64,000 bases of DNA from contig CBDCBL010000010.1 of the NCBI GenBank assembly GCA_965214245.1, forward strand, positions 480,414 through 544,413, given 5' to 3'. The translations under genes were made by a program, and so were the position numbers. Position 1 is the stretch's first letter; every line of letters begins with the position of its first letter. Below the pieces are notes generated by a model. The model had not been told where the DNA came from. It did no database searches and saw only the letters and a program-made list of their open reading frames with translations. Of this stretch, positions 31,358-41,583 are shown one piece after another. Source of the DNA: Acidobacteriota bacterium (GTDB taxonomy: Bacteria > Acidobacteriota > UBA890).

Positions 31358-32644
31358 TCACTCCGAGCCCGTCGGCAGGTCGATACCGCGCGGCCGATCC
31401 CGCAGCATCTTCTCGATGTCGATTCCAGTCGCGGTCTTAAGCTGCTCAAGCAGGGCGACGGCGCTACCGGTGAGGTTGTTGACGTAGTTCGGGATGCCCT
31501 TGCCGTCGCCGCTGTCGACAATCGTCAGCTTGTCCACCGTCAGGTTGTCGGCGATCACCTTGGTCACCTTGTCGAGCAGCTCCGGCATCAGCTGGATGAG
31601 GAATAGGTCGCGGTTCTCGCCGGCCTGCCACTGCTCCCGCATCAACTCGATCACCCGGGCCGTGGCCTGCCCGTCCTCCAGAATTCGCGCCGCGCGCCCC
31701 TTGGCCTCCAGCATGAGCGCCTGGCGTCGTGCCTGCGCGGGCACCACGGTGTCGGCTTCCTCGCGCTTGGCGCTGAGCTCGGCACGGGCTGTCTGCAGCT
31801 CGACCTCCTCCTTTGCCTTGGTGATCGTTCCCGCCACCTCGGCGCGTTGCTCGGCCCGATTGGACTCGGCTCGTAAATCGGCGCGGCGCACCGCGAGTGC
31901 GTTCTCGGCCTTTACAACCGAGATCTCGGCCTCGATCTCCGCCTCTCGCCCTACACGGTCCTGCTCCGCCGACACGCTGCGCGCCTTGGCCTCAGCCTCC
32001 GCTTCGGCGATCCGTGCGTCCCGCCGCACCGCGGCGACCTTCTTTCGACCGATAGCCTCCAAGTAGCCCTGTTCGTCATAGACGCTATCGATCTGGAAGA
32101 TGTCCAGGACTATGCCCAGACGGCTCAGATCGGCGCGCACCCGCTCCGTCACCTGCTCGGCGAGCTGCAACCGCTGGGCGTTGGCCTCCTCCGGGCTGAC
32201 CGTCGCCAGGATTCCACGCAGCGCCCCCTCGATCGCCTGCTGGGAGGTTAGCACCACTGCATCGAACCCCCTATCGAGAAACCGCTCCACGGCAGCTTCC
32301 AGCCCCTCCTCCTCGCGCCCGGCAAGCTTGATATTGGCGTGCCCCTCGATGCTGACCGGGATCATGCCGGCGCACATGGCCTTGCCGAGCTGCACCTGGA
32401 TCGGCTGGCTGGTCAGCGGCAACCGCGCCACCGATTCCAGCAGGGGGCGCTTGAACCCCCGGCCTCCACGGATGATGCGGTAGCCAGTGGTCTTGCCATC
32501 GGCCGTGCGTCGCTTGCGGCCGGCCAACACGACGAGCTCGTTGGGCTGACAGATGATGATGTTAGACTTGATGAAGATCAGCATCAGGAGAACGCTCAGG
32601 GTGCCGAGCCCGAGCGCGATGCCTAGAATCTGTGCTTGCTCCAT
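31358..32644 (-). CDS. SPFH/band-7 family flotillin-like protein
   Basis: N-terminal TM helix MEQAQILGIALGLGTLSVLLMLIF, SPFH domain, long Ala/Glu-rich coiled coil. The ATG at 32644 is 26 bp after the glnA stop. The 601-aa ORF in the track is an upstream over-extension. Confidence 0.75.
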   Translation of the reverse strand: MEQAQILGIALGLGTLSVLLMLIFIKSNIIICQPNELVVLAGRKRRTADGKTTGYRIIRGGRGFKRPLLESVARLPLTSQPIQVQLGKAMCAGMIPVSIEGHANIKLAGREEEGLEAAVERFLDRGFDAVVLTSQQAIEGALRGILATVSPEEANAQRLQLAEQVTERVRADLSRLGIVLDIFQIDSVYDEQGYLEAIGRKKVAAVRRDARIAEAEAEAKARSVSAEQDRVGREAEIEAEISVVKAENALAVRRADLRAESNRAEQRAEVAGTITKAKEEVELQTARAELSAKREEADTVVPAQARRQALMLEAKGRAARILEDGQATARVIELMREQWQAGENRDLFLIQLMPELLDKVTKVIADNLTVDKLTIVDSGDGKGIPNYVNNLTGSAVALLEQLKTATGIDIEKMLRDRPRGIDLPTGSE

Positions 32645-32670
32645 GGGTCCCCCGTCGGTGTGGTAGTCCT

Positions 32671-34107
32671 CTAAACGTTGAAATATAGTGCGAACTCGCC
32701 CGGGTGGGGGCGTAGCCGAATGAAGTCGACCTCGTGCTTGCGCTTGTGGTCGATGTAGGTCTCGAGGAGGTCGGGAGTGAACACCCCGTCGTCGACGAGA
32801 AACCCGTGGTCGCGCTCCAGCGCGTCGAGCGCCGTTGCCAGCGAGCCCGGCGTCTTGGCGATCGCATCGCCATCCTCGGTCCCCGACAACTCGTAAATGT
32901 CCTTGTCGATCGGCGCCGGCGGCTCGATCCGATTGTTGATGCCGTCGAGTCCGGCCAGAAGTATCGCCGCGAACGCCAGGTACGGATTGCTCGACGGGTC
33001 GGGGGTGCGGTACTCGATGCGCTTCGAGGCCGGGCTGGTCCCAACCATCGGTACCCGAATGCAGGCGCTCCGGTTGCCCCGCGAGTACACCAGGTTGATC
33101 GGTGCCTCGTACCCGGGCACGAGGCGCCGGTAGGAGTTGGTCGTGGGGTTGCACAGCGCGCATAGCGCCGGCGAATGGCGCAACAGCCCGCCGATGAAGT
33201 GGATCGCCGTACGGCTGAGCCCCGCATAGCCGTCGGGGTTATAGAAGAGGTTCGTGCCCTCCTTCCAGAGGCTCAGGTGCACGTGCATGCCGGAGCCGTT
33301 CTCCTCGAACAGCGGCTTGGGCATGAACGTGGCGGCTTTGCCGTATCGCCGCGCGACGTTCTTCACGACGTACTTGAACTTCACCGCGTTGTCGGCCGCC
33401 CGCTGAAGGGGAGCGAAGCGCATGCCGATCTCGTTCTGGCCTGCCGCCGCGACCTCGTGATGATGGAACTCGGCGCGCACCCCGACGCTGCGCAAAATGG
33501 TCGTCATCTTGGAGCGCAGGTTGTGATATCGGTCGACCGGAGGCGAAGCGAAGTAGGCACCCCTGCGTTCGCCGCGATGGCCCAGGTTGTCTTCCTCCCG
33601 CTCGCCGGTGTTCCAGAAGGCGCCTTCGTTGTTGACGAAGTAGAAGCCGTGCTGGGTGGTCTGGTCGTAGCGCACGTTGTCGAACAGAAAGAACTCGAGC
33701 TCGGGACCGCAGAACACGTCGTCCGCGATACCCAACGAGCGCACCAGCTGGGCGGCGCGCTGTGCGACGCTGCGCGCGTCCCGCGTGTAGGGCTTGAACC
33801 CGTCCGGGTCGACCACCTTGCAGAAGAACGACAACGTCGGGGCTTCGAAGAACGGATCGTGCATCATCGACGCCGGATCCGGAACCATGATCATGTCGCT
33901 GTTGTCGATCGCCTGGAATCCGCGGATCGACGAGCCGTCGAGGCCGAGGCCGTTGACGAACACGTCGTCGTCGATCTCCTCGATCGGAAGCGTCAGGTGG
34001 TGCAGGGTTCCGAAGAGGTCGACGAACTTCACATCTACGAACTCGATATCGTGCTCCTCGGCGTGGAGAAACACGTCCCGTGCGGTCGTCGGTCGCTCTC
34101 TAGCCAC
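32671..34107 (-). CDS. glnA: Glutamine synthetase type I
   Basis: 478 aa, GS beta-grasp and catalytic domains, highly conserved throughout. Confidence 0.9.
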   Translation of the reverse strand: MARERPTTARDVFLHAEEHDIEFVDVKFVDLFGTLHHLTLPIEEIDDDVFVNGLGLDGSSIRGFQAIDNSDMIMVPDPASMMHDPFFEAPTLSFFCKVVDPDGFKPYTRDARSVAQRAAQLVRSLGIADDVFCGPELEFFLFDNVRYDQTTQHGFYFVNNEGAFWNTGEREEDNLGHRGERRGAYFASPPVDRYHNLRSKMTTILRSVGVRAEFHHHEVAAAGQNEIGMRFAPLQRAADNAVKFKYVVKNVARRYGKAATFMPKPLFEENGSGMHVHLSLWKEGTNLFYNPDGYAGLSRTAIHFIGGLLRHSPALCALCNPTTNSYRRLVPGYEAPINLVYSRGNRSACIRVPMVGTSPASKRIEYRTPDPSSNPYLAFAAILLAGLDGINNRIEPPAPIDKDIYELSGTEDGDAIAKTPGSLATALDALERDHGFLVDDGVFTPDLLETYIDHKRKHEVDFIRLRPHPGEFALYFNV

Positions 34108-34110
34108 GCG

Positions 34111-34449
34111 TCAGCCCAGCGCCCTGTCGCCGCGCTCACCGGTGGCAACGAGCACAACGTCGTGAAGGTCGATCACGAAGATGATCCCGAAGCCACCGGT
34201 GTCACGTGCCGCCTGCTCGATAGCGTTGACGGCCACTTCCACCATCTCCTCGCGAATGGCGAGCTCGATGCGCACCTTCTGGAACAGTGACACCTCGTGG
34301 GCGACGCCGCGGAACGAATAAACCTCGGCACCGCTGGCCGCGGTGCCGAGGATGTTGGTCGCCGTGAGGTACCTGATCTGCGCTTCGAACAGGGCTTCCT
34401 TCACCGCTGGAAGCTGCTGCGGCTCGACGATTGCAACGACCATCTTCAT
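34111..34449 (-). CDS. glnK: Nitrogen regulatory protein P-II
   Basis: 112 aa starting MKMVVAIVEP. T-loop region ...RGVAHEV... P-II signature. Immediately downstream of amtB. Confidence 0.85.
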   Translation of the reverse strand: MKMVVAIVEPQQLPAVKEALFEAQIRYLTATNILGTAASGAEVYSFRGVAHEVSLFQKVRIELAIREEMVEVAVNAIEQAARDTGGFGIIFVIDLHDVVLVATGERGDRALG

Positions 34450-34468
34450 ACCGTTGGCGCTCCCCGTT

Positions 34469-35722
34469 TCAGTCGGCGATGAAGATCTGGAATCCGCTGT
34501 ACGACTCGATCCCGTGCTCCTCGAGGTCGAGACCGCGCAGCTCGACCTCGCGCGAAACACGGAGCCCGACGGTAAGATCGATGAAGCGGAACACGGCCCA
34601 CATCGCCACCCCGACGAAGCTCAGGCTGGCGATCACACCGAGTGCCTGGATACCCAGGCTTCCCAAGCCGCCACCGTAGAACAGACCTTCGCCAGGGGCG
34701 CCAAGAGCCGCCTGCCCGAAGATCCCGACAGCCAAAGTGCCCCAGATGCCTGCCATCCCGTGTACGGGAATGGCACCCACCGCATCGTCGACCTGCCGCT
34801 GGGTGAGCCAGTTCTCGCCCAGAACGATGATTATTCCGGCGGCGATCCCAATGTAAATCGAGGCGCCATGTCCTACCACCGCACACGGAGCCGTAATCCC
34901 TACCAAGCCCCCGAGCGCACCGTTCAGCGTCAGCGCCAGATCGGGCTTGCCGAACTTCATCCACGCCGTCAGCATGGCGGCCATCGAGCCCGCCGCGGCG
35001 GCGAGCGTAGTGTTCATGACGATGCGGGCGACCAGACCCGGGCTCTCCATACTGAGCGTCGAACCCGCGTTGAAGCCATACCAGCCGAACCAGAGGATGA
35101 AGACTCCCAGCGTCACGAGCGGCATGTTGTGCCCGCCGATGACGTTGGCTGATCCGTCCGGGTTGAAGCGCCCGATGCGGGGACCCAGCATGTAGCTGCC
35201 GGTCAACGCTGTGACGCCGCCGACTAAGTGAACAACCGTCGACCCGGCGAAGTCGTAGAAACCAAGCTGCGACAGCCAGCCGCCGCCCCAAACCCAGTGT
35301 CCGACGATCGGGTAGATGAATGCCGTCATGCTGAACGAGTACGCCAGGTAGGCTACGAAGCGCATACGCTCGGCCATCGCACCCAACGCGATGGTGGCCG
35401 CCGTGCCGGCAAACACGACCTGGAAGAACCAGAAGGCCGCCAGAGGCAACGTCTCCACCGGACTCTCGGCGCCCACCATGAACCACCCGGAAGTGCCAAG
35501 GACCAGCCCGGCCGACCCATACATGATCGCGTAGCCAAACGCGTAGTAGCCGAACACCGCGAAGCAGAAGTCCATGAGGTTCTTCATGAGGATGTTGGCG
35601 GCGTTCTTGGCGCGAATCAGCCCCGCCTCGACCATGCCGAACCCAGCCTGCATCAGGAAGACGAGGATTGCCGCCATGAGTACCCACATGGTGCTCAAGC
35701 CGTCGTAAAGCTCTGGCTCCAT
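34469..35722 (-). CDS. amtB: Ammonium transporter (Amt family)
   Basis: 417 aa, 11-12 TM helices, conserved Amt motifs. Forms the canonical amtB-glnK pair. Confidence 0.9.
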   Translation of the reverse strand: MEPELYDGLSTMWVLMAAILVFLMQAGFGMVEAGLIRAKNAANILMKNLMDFCFAVFGYYAFGYAIMYGSAGLVLGTSGWFMVGAESPVETLPLAAFWFFQVVFAGTAATIALGAMAERMRFVAYLAYSFSMTAFIYPIVGHWVWGGGWLSQLGFYDFAGSTVVHLVGGVTALTGSYMLGPRIGRFNPDGSANVIGGHNMPLVTLGVFILWFGWYGFNAGSTLSMESPGLVARIVMNTTLAAAAGSMAAMLTAWMKFGKPDLALTLNGALGGLVGITAPCAVVGHGASIYIGIAAGIIIVLGENWLTQRQVDDAVGAIPVHGMAGIWGTLAVGIFGQAALGAPGEGLFYGGGLGSLGIQALGVIASLSFVGVAMWAVFRFIDLTVGLRVSREVELRGLDLEEHGIESYSGFQIFIAD

Positions 35723-35849
35723 AGCAGTCTTCGCGATCAGCGGTTTACGAGGCGTAGGTACAGGCGGCGCCTACTATCGTCGTCCCCCGAGCAATCCTGT
35801 GGCGTTCGACCTGCGGACGAACAAAACGTATACCGCATCACCGGTCAGA

Positions 35850-36109
35850 TGTCAAAACGCTCTCGGCAGCGCGAGAATCTTGTCGCGACCGCCTTTTTGC
35901 ATGGGATTCCTGCGAGGGCCGTGACGATTGGATTGACGATCGGAACTATCAATTCGGCCGTCATCCTGTCTGGAGCGCTATTGAGTACCGGTGACATCGG
36001 TGCTGCGCCCGCGGCGCTGATAGTTCAGGTTTACACCTTGCCGATACTGTTTGGATTTTTCTCGCAAGCTGTCTCCTATCGGCGCGCGGTAAAAATCTTC
36101 GCAGCCTAG
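35850..36109 (+). CDS. Small two-TM membrane protein, possibly NrtS-like
   Basis: 86 aa. Pattern ...TIGTINSAVILSGALLSTGD...YTLPILFGFFSQ resembles the small NrtS family. The assignment is from memory only. Confidence 0.3.
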
Positions 36110-36129
36110 ATGGTGCTCGAATTACCCGT

Positions 36130-37098
36130 ATGGAAAAACACAAGGAGAGCAAACCAATGAACACGAGTGACGCTGGACTCTTGGCTAATGTGAGACCTGA
36201 GAAAACGCGATTGAACACCGATCGGAGCAACACGATGGCAAAACAGAATCGTCTGCTGGTTACCAAGACCGTGCGGCTGAGGAAAGAAGGGCTCAACGTC
36301 CGCTATGCCGAGTTGGGCGACCCCACGAATCCGCCGGTGTTATTACTGCATGGCGTTCCCGAGAATCTGCAGGCCTGGTACGCCGTGGCGCCGCTCCTGG
36401 CCGAAAAGCACCATGTGCTGGCGCTCGATTGGCCTGGTTTCGGCGGGAGCGACCCGTTTCCGTCGTCCGAGGACTACACTTCACGCCGCTTTGCGGAGGT
36501 GATTGTAGACTTCATGGACTCGCTTCACATCCGTCAAGCAAGCCTGGTGGCCACCGACATTGCCCTCCTTCCTTCGCTACTGGTCGGCCTAGAGCACCCG
36601 AGCCGCGTCTCGAAGCTGGCGGTGATGGACGGCATTCCGTTTCCGCGGCCACAGCACTCCTCCTGGGAGCTCAAGAGTTTTGCCAAGAAGGGCTCGATCC
36701 TCGGCAAGGCCCTGGTGCGCTGGTTTCCGCGCATCACAGCCCAAATTTTGTATCTCAAAGGATTTTACCGGGGGCACTCCATCCCGGCTGAGGTGCGCCG
36801 AGAGTTCTTGGCCGATGGTGTGAGTAAGCGCACCCAAGAGGCGTTTCTGTCGTACTTCCAGAACTTCCGCGTGGGCCAAGAGTACTTTGAGCCTCGCGCA
36901 CACGAGCTTCAAACACCCGTGCTAGTGGTGTGGGGCAAATACGATCGCTTCATCAGCAGCAAGCTGGGGCATGAGATTGCGGAAAAGCTGCCAAACGCCA
37001 AGCTGGAGGTAATCGACAAGTCCAGCCACTACGTACACATGGACAAATCCCAGGAGCTGGTGCAGGTGGTGAGCACGTTCCTCGACGAGGTGGCCTGA
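36130..37098 (+). CDS. Alpha/beta-hydrolase fold enzyme (epoxide-hydrolase/haloalkane-dehalogenase-like with Asp nucleophile)
   Basis: HGVPEN oxyanion region and nucleophile elbow LVATDIAL (Asp not Ser). The real start may be the ATG at 36235. Confidence 0.65.
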   Translation: MEKHKESKPMNTSDAGLLANVRPEKTRLNTDRSNTMAKQNRLLVTKTVRLRKEGLNVRYAELGDPTNPPVLLLHGVPENLQAWYAVAPLLAEKHHVLALDWPGFGGSDPFPSSEDYTSRRFAEVIVDFMDSLHIRQASLVATDIALLPSLLVGLEHPSRVSKLAVMDGIPFPRPQHSSWELKSFAKKGSILGKALVRWFPRITAQILYLKGFYRGHSIPAEVRREFLADGVSKRTQEAFLSYFQNFRVGQEYFEPRAHELQTPVLVVWGKYDRFISSKLGHEIAEKLPNAKLEVIDKSSHYVHMDKSQELVQVVSTFLDEVA

Positions 37099-37212
37099 CC
37101 ACGGCGATTGCGTTGCCGGCGTGACCCCGATTGCCTCGGGGCCCTTTCTGACACCCGGATCCTGCGATCCCGGATGACACCGACAGCAGAGGCGGTCTAG
37201 GTGAGCAGCTCT

Positions 37213-37842
37213 TTAGAAGCCGTCGCGCCATGATTCGTGGCCGAGCCGCCACCCGAGCTCGCGTTTCGCTTTCGTGTTCGACGCGCCGCGCTGTTCGGTC
37301 ATCAGATAGGTGGGCAAAGGCCCGACCGCTTCGAGGGCCGCCGCTGGCGAAATTCGCTCGGGTGCGTGGGCGGATAGAAGCTCCGCATAGACAGGCAACC
37401 ACTCGCTGACCGGTGCGGGTGTGTCGTCGACGATGTTGTAGACACCCAGTGGCCCATGTTTCAGAGCGCAGACCGTTGCCGCAGCGGCGTCATCGATGTG
37501 AATGAACGAATACGTTCCCGCGCCGCTGCCAACAATGGGCATTTGGCCGCTGCCGACACTCTCGGCAACCCAGCCGCCGGGCTCATAATAGGTACCGGGT
37601 CCATAAAGTGGCCGTACCGGAGCACGATTCCTGCGATCCCGTCCGCTGAGAGAGTTTGACGCTCGAGCTCGGCCACTGCCTCGACGAGAGGCTTAACCTC
37701 CTCCGGCGCGTCGAGATAGAGCGGCGTGCTCTCATCCGTCAGGCCGTCGCCTGCCGGTGCGCAAAGAGACGAGATGTGGCTGATGAAACGCGAGGCGCCC
37801 GCAGCCTGCGCCGCCGCCATCAGGTTGCGGGTACCTTTGGAC
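37213..37842 (-). pseudogene. NAD(P)-dependent epimerase/dehydratase (extended SDR), C-terminal two-thirds. It is separated from its N-terminus by an IS3-family insertion and carries one frame break.
   Basis: ...GTRNLMAAAQAAGASRF... and C-terminal ...YNIVDD... motifs. ORFs 37461..37877 and 37213..37542 are in different frames. Confidence 0.6.
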
Positions 37843-37891
37843 TTGACCCGATTTCGTGGACACCTTACGACGTACACGGGAGGTGTTCAGG

Positions 37892-38206
37892 ATGCCAAGG
37901 ACAAGAGGGCCGTACCCGGCGGAGTTTCGGCGGCGGATCATAGAAGTGGCACGAGCTGGGCGGAGCGTCGCCGAGCTGGCCAAGGAGTTCGAGCCGTTGT
38001 ACTGGACGATTCGCCAGTGGATCAAGCAGGCTGACCGCGACGAAGGCCGCAGCGCCGAAGGGCTCAGCACTGCTGAGCGCGAGGAGCTGGGGCGGCTGCG
38101 GAAAGAGAACCGCCAGCTGAAGCAAGAGCGGGAGATCCTTTCAAAAGCCGCGGCCTGGTTCGCTCGGGAGACCGACTCGGTACCGCCGAAGTCTTCGAGT
38201 TCGTGA
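37892..38206 (+). CDS. IS3-family transposase OrfA
   Basis: MPRTRGPYPAEFRRRIIEVARAG... HTH, then leucine zipper. Confidence 0.8.
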   Translation: MPRTRGPYPAEFRRRIIEVARAGRSVAELAKEFEPLYWTIRQWIKQADRDEGRSAEGLSTAEREELGRLRKENRQLKQEREILSKAAAWFARETDSVPPKSSSS

Positions 38207-39058
38207 GCGGTCACCAGGCGAAGTATCCGATTGCCACGATGTGCCGTGTGCTGGAGGTCTCCACCAGCGGGTACTACGCGTGGCGCCGGCGGGAACCGTC
38301 GGCTCGATCGCGGGCGGACGCAAAGCTGCAGGCACGGATCGAAGCGATCCACAGGGAGAGCCGAGGCACCTACGGTCGCCCTCGGATCCACGCCGATCTG
38401 CGAGCCGACGGTGTGGGTGTTGGCTGGCGGCAAGCGTGTGGGGCGCTTGATGCGACGTGCAAGCCTGCAGGGCGTCAGCCGTAGGCGACGCGTTCGGACA
38501 ACGCGGCGAAATCGGGAAGCCCGCCCAGTTCCGGACCTGGTTGAGCGCAAGTTCAGAGCCGACCGCCCCGACAGGCTTTGGGTGGCGGACATAACCTACA
38601 TCCCAACGTGGGCAGGGTTCTTGTACTTGTCGGTCGTCGTGGACGTCTTCAGCCGTCGCGTTGTCGGTTGGTCAATGGCGACCCATCTGCGCACCGAGCT
38701 CGTGCTCAAGGCGCTGAACATGGCGATCTCGCAACGACGGCCCCAACAGGTGATTCATCACAGTGACCAAGGTACGCAGTACACGTCGATCGCCTTCGGT
38801 CAGCGCTGCCAGGAGGTCGGGGTGCGACCGTCGACCGGATCAGCCGGTGACTGCTACGACAACGCGATGTGCGAGAGCTTCTTCGCCACCCTCGAGTGCG
38901 AGCTCCTGAACCGCCGGCGGCGGTTCAGGTCCCAGGCGGAAGCCCGCATGGCCGTCTTCGAGTTCATCGAGGGCTTCTACAACCCGCGTCGCAGACACTC
39001 ACCCCTGGACTACGACTCGCCCATGGGGTACGAAAGGAGGCACGCTCAGATCGCTTAA
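38203..39058 (+). CDS. IS3-family transposase OrfB (DDE integrase), frame-broken
   Basis: N-terminal part in ORF 38203..38484, DDE core in ORF 38231..39058 (...HSDQGTQYTS...DNAMCESFF...). Confidence 0.75.
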
Positions 39059-39160
39059 ATGTGAGCGGGAAACCGTCCACCAAAGCGCGGCAACTCCACT
39101 TCGATGCGCAACCGATTGGTCTCCGCCATGGGATCTTTTGCCGTCGCACTAAAACTCGTG

Positions 39161-39389
39161 AGCTGTGGATGATGACTTCCGGCGCCGCACGCCCGGCAAT
39201 CTCGTTGAGCCGGGCAACGTCGAACACGTCGCCGAGCACGGGCTCCGCACCCATGGCCTCCACACCGTCGAACTTTTGGGGGTCGCGCGTCAGTGCGACA
39301 ACCTCGTGTCCCTCTTTGACAAGCATGGGCACGAGAGAGCGGCCGATCGCGCCGGTGGCTCCAGCTACAAGTATCTTCATTATAGCCAT
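39161..39389 (-). pseudogene. N-terminal Rossmann-fold fragment of the same NAD(P)-dependent epimerase
   Basis: MKILVAGATGAIGRSLVPMLVKEGHEVVALTRD... glycine-rich dinucleotide motif. Continues into IS-derived sequence after ...EVIIH. Confidence 0.65.
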
Positions 39390-39449
39390 CTTCCCATTCG
39401 GGAGGCGATCCCGAGTTGGTGCAATCGCCTAGAGTCAAAATTCCCGGCC

Positions 39450-40025
39450 TCAGGTAAGGACGACGATCTTGCCGCCAGCCGCGTTGTCTTCCATGCAGCG
39501 GTGCGCCTCCACGATGTCGTCGAGTTGAAAGACGCGTCCGATCTTGGGCGTCATACGCCCCGTTTCTACTTCGTTCACCACCGTCTGGAGCGGTGTATCG
39601 ACAAAGTCCCCGGAGCCACCCGCATACGTGGTCAGGCTTACCGTGGACGGGATCGCGCCCATCGGACTGAATTGCTCGAGCTCCCATGCGTTGCCGACCA
39701 TGCCGGTCATGCACACCGCGCCGAAGCGCGCAGCGCATCGCAGCGAGTCGAGTAGCGTGGTGGTGTCGACGAGCTCGAGCACCTTGTCGACACCGTCGGG
39801 GAAGAGGCACCGGAGATCGTCGGCGATCTCGCCGCTGTCGATGAACACATGATCCGCGCCGTTATCCTCCAACATGTCTTGACGATCAGCCTTTCGGGTC
39901 GTCGCAGCGACCGTCGCACCTTGCTGTTTGGCCAGCACGGCGGCGGCCAAGCCCACCGAGGTTGTGCCGCCGCGAATCAACAAGCTCTGACCGGGTTGGG
40001 ATCCGTCCCGAGTCCTGTAGAAAAA
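39450..40025 (-). pseudogene. Zinc-type MDR quinone oxidoreductase/alcohol dehydrogenase, C-terminal nucleotide-binding half only. The 5' end is truncated by the IS256 fragment.
   Basis: ...PGQSLLIRGGTTSVGLAAAVLAKQQGA... cofactor-binding motif begins right at the IS256 end. The catalytic N-terminal domain is absent. Confidence 0.65.
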
Positions 40026-40389
40026 GAAATGGCGTAACCTCCGAGTAGGAAAAACGAGTCGCTGGAAACGGCGACAACAAGAAGATCACACCATGAGCAA
40101 CGGTAGCACGGGAGAGGTATCGGTCATCGAGTTCCGTAGCGCCATCCAGGAGCTGCTGCACAGCCGCATCCAGGAGGCGATTACGATCACGCTTGAGGAG
40201 GAGCTCGCCGAGGCGTTGGGATGCGGGCCGTACGAGCGCAACGGCTCGCGGCGAGGATATCGGCACGGGACGTATCGGCGGCAGATCACGATGGCGCAGG
40301 GGCCGCAGGATCTGGAGGTACCACGGGGACGGCTGCTGCGAGAGGACGGCAGCACCGGGGAGTTCCGCAGCACGATCCTGCCGCGGTAT
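40026..40389 (+). mobile_element. IS256-family fragment (transposase-proximal end plus first 98 codons), truncated by IS3 copy B
   Basis: GGATCCGTCCCGAGTCCTGTAGAAAAAG... end. ORF 40093..40392 is the N-terminus of the IS256 transposase and stops at the IS3 terminal TGA. Confidence 0.85.
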
Positions 40390-40423
40390 TGACCAGACCC
40401 CGCGGTTAGTACCACCTTCTATC

Positions 40424-41230
40424 TCAGTAACACGGTGCTGACAAGAGGTTGTTGAGGCCAGCGAAGCGTAGCGTAGCCGGTTTCAACAACACCGCTTCCA
40501 GTGCCGGAGGTCGATAGCCCAGCGAGCTGTGCGGTCGTACGCGGTTGTACTGCTGGCGCCATCTCTCGATCAGAACCTTTGCCTCCTTCAGCGTGTAGAA
40601 GATCTCCCCGTTCAGCAGCTCGTCTCTGAGCTTGCCGTTGAAGCTCTCCACATAGCCGTTCTCCCATGGGGAGCCCGGCTCGATGAACAGCGTGCCGACG
40701 CCGAGCCGGCCCAGCCAGTCGCGAACCGCCTCGGCGGTGAATTCCGGTCCGTTATCTGACCTGATGTGCGCTGGAATACCTCGATGAACGAACAGTCGTC
40801 CTAGTCGGTGAAGTACGTCCTCGGAGTTGAGCTTCCGCGCCACGTCGATTGCAAGGCTCTCCCGTGTGTACTCGTCGACGATCGTCAGCAGCCTCATAGC
40901 CCGACCGTCATGCGTCCGGTGGTGGACGAAGTCATACGCCCAGACATGATCCTTGTTCTCGGGGCGCAGTCGGATGCAGGAGCCATCGTTGAGCCACAGC
41001 CGTGCTCGCTTGGGCTGTTTCTTCGGTACTTTCAGCCCCTCGCGCCGCCAGATCCGTTGCACCCGCTTGTGGTTCACGAGCCAGCCCTCCATGCGCAGTA
41101 GCGCCGTCACTCGCCGATACCCGTAGCGGCCATACTCTCGGGCTAGGTTCACGATCCTCTCCGTCAGCACCTGCTCGTCGTCCGGTTGCCGTGGCACGTA
41201 CCGCTGCGTCGTGCGCGACTGTTTCAGCAC
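40424..41230 (-). CDS. IS3-family transposase OrfB
   Basis: 268 aa, one substitution relative to copy A. Confidence 0.85.
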   Translation of the reverse strand: MLKQSRTTQRYVPRQPDDEQVLTERIVNLAREYGRYGYRRVTALLRMEGWLVNHKRVQRIWRREGLKVPKKQPKRARLWLNDGSCIRLRPENKDHVWAYDFVHHRTHDGRAMRLLTIVDEYTRESLAIDVARKLNSEDVLHRLGRLFVHRGIPAHIRSDNGPEFTAEAVRDWLGRLGVGTLFIEPGSPWENGYVESFNGKLRDELLNGEIFYTLKEAKVLIERWRQQYNRVRPHSSLGYRPPALEAVLLKPATLRFAGLNNLLSAPCY

Positions 41231-41304
41231 CCGGCACGCTCGTCGCTCGGAAACGCCCAGCCTCCGCCGAACATGCTCAACCGCATCTCGGCGACGTGCC
41301 GGGC

Positions 41305-41583
41305 TCAGAAGTTTCCCTCCGCAACTTCCTTCAGGATCGAAAGATCCAGCTCCTTTTCCGCCACAATCTTCTTGAGCCGGACGTTCTCCTTCTCAAGTTG
41401 CTTCAGCCGCCTGGCCTCGTCGACCCTCAGCCCCCCGTACTCGCGTCGCCACCGGTAGTAGGTGTGCTCGGTGATTGCTAGCTTGCGGCAGGCATCCTTG
41501 ACCGTCGCGCCTCGGGCCAGCTCCACCTCAGCCTCCCGTAGCTTCCGTACGATCTGCTCTGCGCTGTGCCTCTTCGCCGACAT
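41305..41583 (-). CDS. IS3-family transposase OrfA
   Basis: 92 aa, starting MSAKRH versus MPAKRH in copy A. Confidence 0.85.
   Translation of the reverse strand: MSAKRHSAEQIVRKLREAEVELARGATVKDACRKLAITEHTYYRWRREYGGLRVDEARRLKQLEKENVRLKKIVAEKELDLSILKEVAEGNF

Larger units (their letters stand above)
37843..39160 (+). mobile_element. Second, distinct IS3-family insertion sequence (about 1.3 kb) inserted into the epimerase gene. Boundaries are approximate.
   Basis: Starts TGACCCGATTTCGTGGACACC. orfA and orfB in -1 frame arrangement. orfB has an additional frame break near 38410-38440. Confidence 0.7.
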
